Source: Spirochaetia bacterium (GTDB lineage Bacteria; Spirochaetota; Spirochaetia; SZUA-6; Bin103). From it: a stretch of 64,000 bases of DNA. Positions 20,438-29,044 of the stretch are shown here, piece after piece. The notes under the pieces were generated by a model. The model saw only the letters and a program-made list of their open reading frames with translations. It was not told where the DNA came from and ran no database searches. Made by a program: the position numbers and the translations under genes. Each line of letters starts with the position of its first letter. The stretch's first letter is position 1. The stretch covers positions 800,001-864,000 of the forward strand of contig OZ241863.1 of assembly GCA_965203055.1 (NCBI GenBank), read 5' to 3'.

Positions 20438-20569
20438 TCCCGCCCGGCCGGTCCGGGCACCTCCACCACGGCGAGTGCGGCGCGCTGCCGAACAAGCGCC
20501 GCTACCGGCGTGCGCCAGATCTGGCACAATTTCGCGACGGTGCTTGGCGCCGGACTGAGAGGTGATCTG

Positions 20570-20779
20570 ATGACCTGTGGCGAGATACTGCGCCGGGAAG
20601 GCGAGTTGAAGGGCCGCCGGGAAGGCGATTTGAGGGGCCGGCTGGAGACCATCTAAGGGTTCCTGCAGGCCGGGATCAAGTGGCCGGTGATTCAATCCGC
20701 CACCGGCATCGACGAGCCCACCTACCGCACCCTCAAACGCGACGCCGCCAACGGCACGGAGCAGACCGCGCTGCGTTAA
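20570..20779 (+). pseudogene. Orphan RpnS-like cassette, duplicate of 16565-16774 with the same TAA (20654)
   Basis: Direct sequence identity. Confidence 0.8.
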
Positions 20780-21474
20780 CCGCCGCCGGGAGGCGTCTAC
20801 CGTGAGCGCGGCCGCGCCGTAGCGAGAGCTGGGAGGCGTCTCGCAACCCTGATTCGCGCGCCGGCACATGGGCAGGGCACGTCCACGACCGCGAGCACGG
20901 CGCCGCCAAAAGCACCGCAGACGCCGCGCCGTTGTAGGGGCAGAGGAGAGAATGACACCGAATGTCACCGCCCCTGCATCAGCCCCACGATCACCTGTTC
21001 CGCCTGGTGTTCGCCGACCCCGAGGAGACCGCCGCCTTCCTCCGCGCACGCCTGCCCGACTCGTACCAGCGCGGCATCCTCTGGTCCTCCCTGAGCCGCG
21101 CCCCAGGCTCCTTTCGTCGACCAAGAGCTGCGCGGCTCCGTCACCGACCTGCTGTTCGAGGTGCGCAGCGCGGCCGCGGCGCCGCGGCAGTGGCTCTAAC
21201 CTGCTGTTCGAACATCAGTCCCAGCCCGACCGCTGGATGGCGCTGCGACTGCTGCGCTACTGCTGCCGCATCTGGGAGGCCGACCGCCCGCGACTACCCC
21301 GACGAGCAGTACCTGCGGCCGGTGCTGCCGCTGGTGTTCTACCAGGGCGAGCACCACTGGCACTACGACATCGAACTGGCCGAGTCCTTCCCCCCGGCGC
21401 TGCGCGGCCAGCCCTGGGTGCCGCGCTTCTGCCCGCTGCTGCTGGACCAGACCCGGATGGCGCCGGCGGCGGTG

Positions 21475-22878
21475 GAGATATAACCGGAAGTTGTGGATGG
21501 GATGAAAAGAGCGCATCCTCCCAAGAACGATTCAACCACGAATCAGGAGGAGTACGCTCGTGGAGAACAATACCGGCAGGACCACCGAGGCTCAAGGTCC
21601 TCAAGGTCCTGGTGCCATTCTGGATGAGATCGTACGCGCCGGAGCGCGGCAGATGCTGGCTGCGGCGCTGGAGGCGGAAGTGGACGAGTTCCTGGCGCGG
21701 TACGCTGACCAGCGGGATCAGCACGGCCACCGGCTGGCGGTCCGCAACGGCCATCTGCCGAAGCGCTCGTTGGTCACCGGGATCGGTCCGATCCCGATCC
21801 GGCAGCCGCGGGTCGATGACCGCCAGCTCGCCAAGCAGGGAGAGTCGAGGTTCAGCAGCGCGATCCTGCCGCGCTACGCGAGACGGACGCCGAGTGTGGA
21901 CAGCCTGATACCGACGCTGTACCTGAAGGGGGTATCGAGCGGGGACTTCTCGCAGGCGCTGGCGGCGATCCTGGGAGAGCAGGCCGCAGGGCTGAGCGCG
22001 ACCAACGTGGTGCGGCTGAAGAAGGTGTGGGAAGCGGAGTACCGGGAGTGGACGCAGCGTGATCTGAGCGGCAAGAGGTACGTGTACTTCTGGGCCGACG
22101 GCCTGCACGTGAACGTGCGACTGGACGAGGAGCGCAGTTGCATCCTGGTGATCATGGGCGCCGACGAGCAGGGGCGCAAGGAAGTGGTGGCGGTCAGCGA
22201 CGGCTACCGGGAGAGCAAGACGGCGTGGTGTGAGCTGCTGTTGGACCTGCGGCGGCGTGGGCTGACGAAGGGGCCGCGGCTGGCGACGGCGGACGGGGCG
22301 TTGGGATTCTGGGCGGCGTTGCGGGAGGTGTATCCGGGAACGGAGGAACAGACCTGCTGGTTCCACAAGGCCGGCAACGTGCTGGACAAGATGCCGCAGT
22401 CGGTGCAGGGGCGGGCGAAGACGATGATCCGCGAGATGTGGCAAGCGCCGTCGTTGGAGCATGCTACCAGCGCCTACCACCAGTTCTGCACGGCGTGGGA
22501 GGCGAAGTACCCGAAGGCGGTCGCCAGCCTGCGCAAGGATGAAGGCTCGCTGTTCAGCTTCTATGGGTTTCCGGCGGCGCACTGGATCCATCTGCGGACC
22601 AGCAACCCGATCGAGTCGACGTATGCGACGGTGCGGCTGCGGACGAAGCGGACGAAGGGCTGCGGGTCGCGGGCGGCGACGCTGACGATGGTCTGGAAGC
22701 TGGCGCTGGAAGCGCAGCGGAGGTGGCGCCGGCTGATGGGCTTCAAACTCATACCCCTGGTGATGGAGGGGCGTGAATTCGTAGACGGCGAGCTGACGGA
22801 GGCAGCGGCTTAGAGAGACGACAGAACGATTGGAGATGCGCTCGCTGATTCTCAATCCACAAGACTTGACAATATCTC
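21475..22878 (+). mobile_element. IS256-family insertion sequence, 1404 bp
   Basis: Imperfect IRs GAGATATAACCGGAAGTTGTGGAT / GAGATATTGTCAAGTCTTGTGGAT. CGGCGGCGGTG is duplicated at 21464-21474 and 22880-22890; exact TSD length is ambiguous within the GCG run. Confidence 0.92.
21560..22813 (+). CDS. IS256-family (mutator) transposase
   Basis: Motifs RNGH, LYLKGVS, WADG, ADGALGF, CWFHK and TSNPIES. Confidence 0.95.
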   Translation: MENNTGRTTEAQGPQGPGAILDEIVRAGARQMLAAALEAEVDEFLARYADQRDQHGHRLAVRNGHLPKRSLVTGIGPIPIRQPRVDDRQLAKQGESRFSSAILPRYARRTPSVDSLIPTLYLKGVSSGDFSQALAAILGEQAAGLSATNVVRLKKVWEAEYREWTQRDLSGKRYVYFWADGLHVNVRLDEERSCILVIMGADEQGRKEVVAVSDGYRESKTAWCELLLDLRRRGLTKGPRLATADGALGFWAALREVYPGTEEQTCWFHKAGNVLDKMPQSVQGRAKTMIREMWQAPSLEHATSAYHQFCTAWEAKYPKAVASLRKDEGSLFSFYGFPAAHWIHLRTSNPIESTYATVRLRTKRTKGCGSRAATLTMVWKLALEAQRRWRRLMGFKLIPLVMEGREFVDGELTEAAA

Positions 22879-23266
22879 GCGGCGGCGGTGGCCGGGGAAC
22901 TGCACGGGCGTTTGCTGCAACTGGCGATGATGCGCACCCTTCGAGCAGGAGCTGGGGGAGGCGCGGAAGCGGATCGCGCCGCTGATAGGGGAGTTGCAGC
23001 GGAAGCCGGTGCGCGGCGGGGTGGATGGGGTGGTCTCGGTTGGTTAGACAGTCCGAGGGGGTAGCCCTGATGGCAGCTTAAGGTAATCGTTTCGTTGATC
23101 GTCGTTGATCTACCCTTCTTGTCGCTCGTGGCTCGTTCTGCCAAAATGGGCGGCGTAACGGGTGGGGATGCGGAGTATTACCGTTAACTTGTTATCTTCA
23201 ATAGAAGTACGCCGATGCTTGGCAGATGTGCCGCGCCCCGTGGGCAGCCGGGAACTAGTCTGAAGC

Positions 23267-24352
23267 ATGGCGAACGACGACTTGGCGCAGCCGCACGACA
23301 ATCTGTTCCGGGCCGTGTTCGGCGAATCCGCCGAAGCGGTCGGGTTGCTGCGCGCCCATCTGCCGCCGGCCGTCGCCAACGGCTTGCAGTGGTCCACGCT
23401 GTCCGCCGAGAACAGCGCCTTCATCGCCCCCGACCTGCGAGCCACCGAGTCCGATCTGCTGTACTCAATCCGGCGCCGCGCCGGCGGCGCGCCGGCCTGG
23501 CTGTACGTACTGCTGGAGCATCAGTCGACGGTGCGGTCCCGTGACCGCTGGATGCGCCTGCGGCTGCTGCAGTACTGCTGCCGGATCTGGGAACGGGATC
23601 GGCGGCGCTATCCTGGGGAGACGGAGTTGCGCCCGATCGTGCCGATGGTGTTCTATCTGGGAAGCGGACGCTGGCGCTACGCGACTGAGTTCACGGAGTT
23701 GTTTCCGGGTGAGGTGCGGGAGTGGCGGTGGCTGCCGAGCTTCGAGCACGTGCTGATCGACCATTCGGAGACGGAGCCGGAGGGGGTACGGGGCACGTTG
23801 AAAGGGCGGCTGGCGCAGCTGATGATGCTGGCGGTATACCGCGCTGCGGTGGCATGGCCGGCGCTGGAGCGAGCGTTGCCGCTGCTGGCGGAACTGGCGC
23901 GGCGCGGGGGACGGGAGCAGAGCATGTTCGTATGGTACGTGCTGGCGACCCAAAGGGAACCGATGCGCGGGCGCTTTGCCAAGGAGCTGCAGCGGCAGAT
24001 ACCGGGACCGGAGGGAGACATCATGAATTACGTGGAGGAGATCAAGCAACAAGGCCGGCAGGAGGGCCGCCTGGAAGGCCGGCAAGAAGGCCGGCAAGAG
24101 GGTGAGATCAAGGGCCGGCAGGAGGGTGAGATCAAGGGCCGGCAGGAGGGTGAGATCAAGGGCCGGCAGGAGGGTGAGATTAAGGGCCGGCAGGAGGGTG
24201 AGATTAAGGGCCGGCTGGAGACCATCGAAGAGTTCCTGCGGGCGGGAATCGGGTGGCCGATGATCCGGTCCGCCACTGGCATCGACGAGCAGACCTACCG
24301 CGCCCTCAAACGCGACTCGGCCAACGGCACGGAGCGGGCCGCGCCTCCCTAA
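23267..24352 (+). CDS. Rpn type B copy 2; internal RpnS-like ORF 24023-24352
   Basis: Near-identical to 17835-18896 with one extra 24-bp GRQEGEIK unit. Confidence 0.92.
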   Translation: MANDDLAQPHDNLFRAVFGESAEAVGLLRAHLPPAVANGLQWSTLSAENSAFIAPDLRATESDLLYSIRRRAGGAPAWLYVLLEHQSTVRSRDRWMRLRLLQYCCRIWERDRRRYPGETELRPIVPMVFYLGSGRWRYATEFTELFPGEVREWRWLPSFEHVLIDHSETEPEGVRGTLKGRLAQLMMLAVYRAAVAWPALERALPLLAELARRGGREQSMFVWYVLATQREPMRGRFAKELQRQIPGPEGDIMNYVEEIKQQGRQEGRLEGRQEGRQEGEIKGRQEGEIKGRQEGEIKGRQEGEIKGRQEGEIKGRLETIEEFLRAGIGWPMIRSATGIDEQTYRALKRDSANGTERAAPP

Positions 24353-24489
24353 CCTCCTGCCATCCGGATGCGCGTAGTTGGCGCGGAGGACGTTGGCGCT
24401 GCGAGCAGGTGCTGGGAGCATGCAACTAGTTTTGTGACGACGATCGAATCACTTCGAAGCAGGGTGGCGCATGTCGCGTAGTTGGGCAT

Positions 24490-24642
24490 GAGCTGAAGGG
24501 CCGGCTGGAAACCATCGACGGGCTCCTGCGGGCCGGGATCGGGTAGCCGGTGATTCAATCCGCCACCGGCATCGACGAGCCCACCTACCGCACCCTCAAA
24601 CGCGACGCCGCCAACGGCAAGGAGCAGACCGCGCCGCGTTAA
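24490..24642 (+). pseudogene. RpnS tail fragment with TGG>TAG stop
   Basis: ELKGRLETIDGLLRAGIG*PVIQSATGIDEPTY. Confidence 0.8.
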
Positions 24643-24830
24643 ACCTCCGCCGTCCGGGAGGCGTCTCCCGTGAGCGCGGCCCGCGCCTGTAGCGAGAGCT
24701 GGGAGGCGTCTCGCTACCTTGGTTCGTGCGCCGGCACGTGGGCGGGCACGTCCACGACTGCGAGCACGGCGCCGCGAAAAGCACCGCCGACGCCGCGCCG
24801 TTGTAGGGGCAGAGGAGAGAATGACACCGA

Positions 24831-25790
24831 ATGTCACCGCCCCTGCATCAGCCCCACGATCACCTGTTCCGCTTGGTGTTCGCCGACCCCGAGGAGACCG
24901 CCGCCTTCCTCCGCGCACGCCTGCCCGACTCGTACCAGCGCGGCATCCTCTGGTCCTCCCTGAGCCGCGCCCCAGGCTCCTTCGTCGACCAAGAGCTGCG
25001 CGGCTCCGTCACCGACCTGCTGTTCGAGGTGCGCAGCGCGGCCGCGGCGCCGCGGCAGTGGCTCTACCTGCTGTTCGAACATCAGTCCCAGCCCGACCGC
25101 TGGATGGCGCTGCGCCTGCTGCGCTACTGCTGCCGCATCTGGGAAGCCGACCGCCGCGACACCCCGACGAGCAGTACCTGCGGCCGGTGCTGCCGCTGGT
25201 GTTCTACCAGGGCGAGCACCACTGGCACTACGCCATCAAACTGGCCGAGTCCTTCCCCCCGGCGCTGCGCGGCCAGCCCTGGGTGCCCCGCTTCTCCCCG
25301 CTGCTGCTGGACCAGACCCGGATGGCGCCGGCGGCGGTGGCCGGGGAGCTGCACGGGCGGGTTGCTGCAACTGGCGATGATGCACACCTTCGAGCAGGAG
25401 CTGGGGGAGGCGCGGAAGCGGATCGCGCCGCTGCTAGGGGCGTTGCAGCGGGAGCCGGTGCGCGGCGGGGTGGATTACTACCAGCGTTCATGGAGTACAT
25501 TGTGAAGACCGGGCCGGCGGACACGCTGGAAGCGCTGGGTGAGCTGCTGCGGCGCCTGGCCGGAACTGAGAGTGATCTGATGACCTGTGGCGAGATACTG
25601 CGCCGGGAAGGCGAGTTGAAGGGCCGGCGTGAAGGCGAGTTGAGGGGCCGGCTGGAGACCATCGAAGGGTTCCTGCAGGCCGGGATCAAGTGGCCGGTGA
25701 TTCAATCCGCCACCGGCATCGACGAGCCCACCTACCGCAGCCTCAAACGCGACGCCGCCAACGGCACGGAGCAGACCGGGCCACGTTTAA
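24831..25790 (+). pseudogene. Full-length Rpn type C with several small frameshifts; internal ATG at 25580
   Basis: The entire C architecture is recoverable across frames. Indels lie near 25160, 25360, 25484 and 25560. Confidence 0.8.
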
Positions 25791-25953
25791 CGCTCCCGCC
25801 GTCCGGGCGTCTTACCGTGAGCGCGGCCCGCGCGTCGTCAAAAGCGCCGCTGACGCGGCGCCGTCGTAAAGGGGCAGGGAGATGGCACCACCCCGCGCCA
25901 GCCCCATCGACAAGCGGTAGCTGAAGTAGCCCGCTACGGCAGTAGGCAGCTGG

Positions 25954-26796
25954 CATGTCGTGCTGTACAACGGCAGCACGCGGCGGGACCCGCCGCAGTC
26001 GCTGGCGGAGTTGGTGCCGACGAGTCCGAATAAGACGGCCCGGCTCAGCTTGCGCTGAGCTATGACGTGGTTGATCTGGTGGGTACGGTGGTACGGTATG
26101 GCAGCGGATGATCTGCCGCGCCCGAACCTGATAACCTGGGTGGCGGAAGTGGAGCGCAGCCGGCAAGCCGGGCGCCGGAAACTGAGAGGTGATCTGATGA
26201 CCTGTGGCGAGATGCTGCGCCGGGAAGGCCGGCAGGAAGGTGAGTTGAAGGGCCGGCGTGAAGTACGGCTGGTGATCATTGACGGGCTCCTGCGGGAGGG
26301 GATCGAGTGGTCGTTGATCCAATCCGCGACCGGCATCGACGAGCCCACCTACCGCGCCCTCAAACACGCTGCGCGGCCAGCCGTGGGTGCCGCGCTTCCG
26401 GCAGGCCTCGGAGGAGACGCGGCAGCGGATCGCGCCGCTGTTCGCGGCTTTGCGAGAGTAGCTGGCGCGCAGCGGGCGGATTACTACACGTTCATGTGGT
26501 ACCTTGTGGAGACCGGGCCGGCGGACACGCTGCAAGCGCTGGATGAGGAGTTCCGGCGCCAGACGCCGCAACTGAGAGGTGATCTGATGGCCTGTGGCGA
26601 GATGCTGCGCCGGGAAGGCCGGCAGGAAGGTGAGTTGAAGGGCCGGCGTGAAGTACGGCTGGAGACCATCGACGGGCTCCTGCGGGCCGGGGTCAAGTGG
26701 CCGGTGATTCTATCCGCGACCGGCATCGACGAGCCCACCTACCGCACGCTCAAACGCGACGCCTCACACGTGCCGGAGCAGGCCGCGCCGCGCTGA
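25954..26796 (+). pseudogene. Chimeric Rpn mosaic: type A fragment + RpnS(C) + type C fragment + intact RpnS(C) 26587-26796
   Basis: LPRPNLITWVAEVERSR is fused to LRGDLMTCGEML. Both ATG 26197 and ATG 26587 retain the GAGAGGTGAT SD. Confidence 0.8.
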
Positions 26797-26802
26797 CTCC
26801 TG

Positions 26803-27966
26803 ATGAACCGTTCGGGACTCGGAACCATGCCGCCGCCGTTTACCAGGCTGGTCGCCGGTCTGGAAGCGGCCAATCCGTTCGTCGGGCCGGAGACTCTGGA
26901 GCGGCGCGCGGGACGCCGGTTTCGCGTGCGGGCGGGGGCCAACGAGAGCGCCTTCGGCATGTCGCCGCGGGCACGGGCGGCGGCCGCGGCCGCCCTCGAC
27001 CGCCTCTCCTGGTACGGCGATCCCGAGAATTACGAGCTGCGCGCCGATCTGGCGGCGTATCACGGCGTGGACCTCGAGCAGGTGCTGGTGGGCGCCGGCA
27101 TCGATGACCTGCTCGCGCTGATGGTGCGGGCGTTCGCGGCCGACGGCGGCCGCGCGGTGATGACGCTGGGCTCCTACGCCACCTTCGCCTACCACGCCGC
27201 AACCTGCGGCGCGGCGTTGGACTGCGTGCCCTACGGCGCCGGCGGTCAGGTCGATCTGGCGGCGTTGGCCGCCCGGGCGCGGGACAGCGAAGCTGTCCGC
27301 GGGCGCGGCGCGGGCGCCCGCCGCGGCGCCACCGTGGTGTACTTGGCGAACCCGGACAACCCGGCCGGCACGTGGCACGCCGCGGAGGCGGTGCGCGGCT
27401 TCGCCGAGGCGCTGCCGCCCGGCTGCATCCTGGCGCTCGACGAAGCCTACGTCGACTACGCGCCGCCGGCTCCGGCCCGGGCGCTGGTCACGGACGACCC
27501 GCGGGTGGTGCACCTGCGCACCTTCTCCAAGGCGCACGGCATGGCGGGGGCGCGCGTCGCCTACGCCGTCGGCGCGCCCGCGGTCTGCGCCGGGCTGAAC
27601 AAGCTGCGCCTGCAGTTCGGCGTCAGCCGGGTGGCGCAGGAGGCGGCGCGCGCCTCCCTTGCCGACGCCGCCTTCGTGGCCCGGGTAGGGCGGCGGGTGG
27701 CCGCGGGGCGCGCCGCCTACCACGAGCTGGGCCGCGCGCTGGGCGTGCCGACGCTGCCGTCGGCGGCCAACTTCGTGTGCTTCGACCTGGGAACCCGGCG
27801 CCGCGCCGAGGCGGTGCTGGCCGCGCTGCTGGATCGCGGCGTGTTCGTGCGCAAGCCGGCGGCGCCGCCCCTCGACCGTTGCATCCGCCTCAGCGTGGGC
27901 ACCGAGGCGGAGGGCCGCATCGTGGCGGCCGAGCTGCGGCAGCAGCTGGAGGAAGTGCCGGGTTAG
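26803..27966 (+). CDS. PLP-dependent class I/II aminotransferase (HisC-like)
   Basis: Motifs ANES, NPDNPAG, DEAY and RTFSKAHGMAG.R. Confidence 0.88.
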   Translation: MNRSGLGTMPPPFTRLVAGLEAANPFVGPETLERRAGRRFRVRAGANESAFGMSPRARAAAAAALDRLSWYGDPENYELRADLAAYHGVDLEQVLVGAGIDDLLALMVRAFAADGGRAVMTLGSYATFAYHAATCGAALDCVPYGAGGQVDLAALAARARDSEAVRGRGAGARRGATVVYLANPDNPAGTWHAAEAVRGFAEALPPGCILALDEAYVDYAPPAPARALVTDDPRVVHLRTFSKAHGMAGARVAYAVGAPAVCAGLNKLRLQFGVSRVAQEAARASLADAAFVARVGRRVAAGRAAYHELGRALGVPTLPSAANFVCFDLGTRRRAEAVLAALLDRGVFVRKPAAPPLDRCIRLSVGTEAEGRIVAAELRQQLEEVPG

Positions 27967-27993
27967 GTCAGGTCAGGCGCCGCGGAGCCGCGG

Positions 27994-28953
27994 CTACCCG
28001 TTGCAGGCGTCGACGATGCCGCGGAAGCGGCGCACGTGTTCGGCGGTGGTTCCGCAGCAGCCGCCGACGATGCGGGCGCCGGCGGCGAGCAACTCGTCGA
28101 GGCCGGCCACCATCTGCTCCGGCGTCTGCCGGTATACCACCTGCATGTCGATCAGCTCCGGCAGACCGTTGTTGGGCTTGGCCATGAGCGGCAGGTCGGA
28201 GGCCGACCGATAGCGTTGCAGGATCCGCGCCGCCCACGCCATGTCCACGCCGGTGCCGCAGTTGATGGCCAGGACGTCGGCGCCGGCCTCCTGCAGCACT
28301 TCCGCGGCCTGCTCCACCCGCACCCCCATCATGGTGCGCACGTCCTTGCCGTCGCGGTTCAGATCGAACGCCATGGAGGCGATGACGCAGGCGGCGCCGG
28401 CTTCCTTGGCGGCGGCGATTCCCAGCCCAATCTCCTCCAACGCGGTCTGGGTCTCGATGATCACCGCGTCGGCGCCGGCATCCACCAGGGCTGCCGCCTG
28501 CTCGCGGAACGCCGCCGCGACCGCGGCGCGCGGCACCTCGCCGTAGGGCTCCATCAAGCCGCCGAACGGCCCGACGTCACCGATGACGAAACCGGCCCGG
28601 CCGGCGAACGCGGCGCGGGCAACGGCGACGCCGCGCGCATTGATCTCCGCCACGCGGTCGGCCAACGAGTGCCGTTCCAGCATGACGCGGCAGGCGCCGA
28701 AGGTGTTGGTCAACAGGCAGTCCGAGCCCGCTTCGACGTACTCGCGTTGAATTGCCAGCACGGTGTCGGGGCGGTCGATGTTCCACGCCTCGCCGCTGCC
28801 GCCCGGCTCCAGGCCGGCCTGCTGCAGTTGCGTCCCCATGGCGCCGTCGGCCAGCAGCACGCGCTCCGCGAGCGCCTGCAGCAGCGGTTGCGGCGCCGCG
28901 GCGGGCGCCGCCGGTTCGCCGCCGCCGGGACTGTCGGTGCTGAGAACTGTCAT
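27994..28953 (-). CDS. Homocysteine S-methyltransferase family protein (stand-alone Hcy-binding domain)
   Basis: Motifs DGAMGT, TNTFGA, INCG and GGCCGTT (Zn ligands). Confidence 0.9.
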   Translation of the reverse strand: MTVLSTDSPGGGEPAAPAAAPQPLLQALAERVLLADGAMGTQLQQAGLEPGGSGEAWNIDRPDTVLAIQREYVEAGSDCLLTNTFGACRVMLERHSLADRVAEINARGVAVARAAFAGRAGFVIGDVGPFGGLMEPYGEVPRAAVAAAFREQAAALVDAGADAVIIETQTALEEIGLGIAAAKEAGAACVIASMAFDLNRDGKDVRTMMGVRVEQAAEVLQEAGADVLAINCGTGVDMAWAARILQRYRSASDLPLMAKPNNGLPELIDMQVVYRQTPEQMVAGLDELLAAGARIVGGCCGTTAEHVRRFRGIVDACNG

Positions 28954-29044
28954 CGCCGTAACTATACCCCGCGCACCCGCCCGCGGCGAGCCGTCTTTGC
29001 CGGCCCGGCGCGGAGCGGTCCGGTCGCGGTGGAAGGCGGGGCGG

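Larger units (their letters stand above)
20962..23026 (+). pseudogene. Rpn type C interrupted by an IS256 element
   Basis: Homology to 16957-17594 stops at 21474 and resumes at ~22880. It carries the same TAAC lesion at ~21197. Confidence 0.88.
15297..25874 (+). repeat. Dispersed conserved leader motif GACGCCGCGCCGTTGTAG(GGG)..CAGAG..ATG preceding Rpn cassettes
   Basis: Copies at ~15297, 16915, 19201, 19351, 20920, 24789 and 25852 (degenerate), plus a minus-strand degenerate copy at ~2728-2760. Confidence 0.85.

Noticed and set aside
14752..26796. CRISPR array, integron or DGR interpretation of the repeats
   Set aside because: Repeats are coding modules of irregular spacing. There is no cas gene, integrase, attC-like structure or reverse transcriptase in the window, and no adenine-specific variation was evident.
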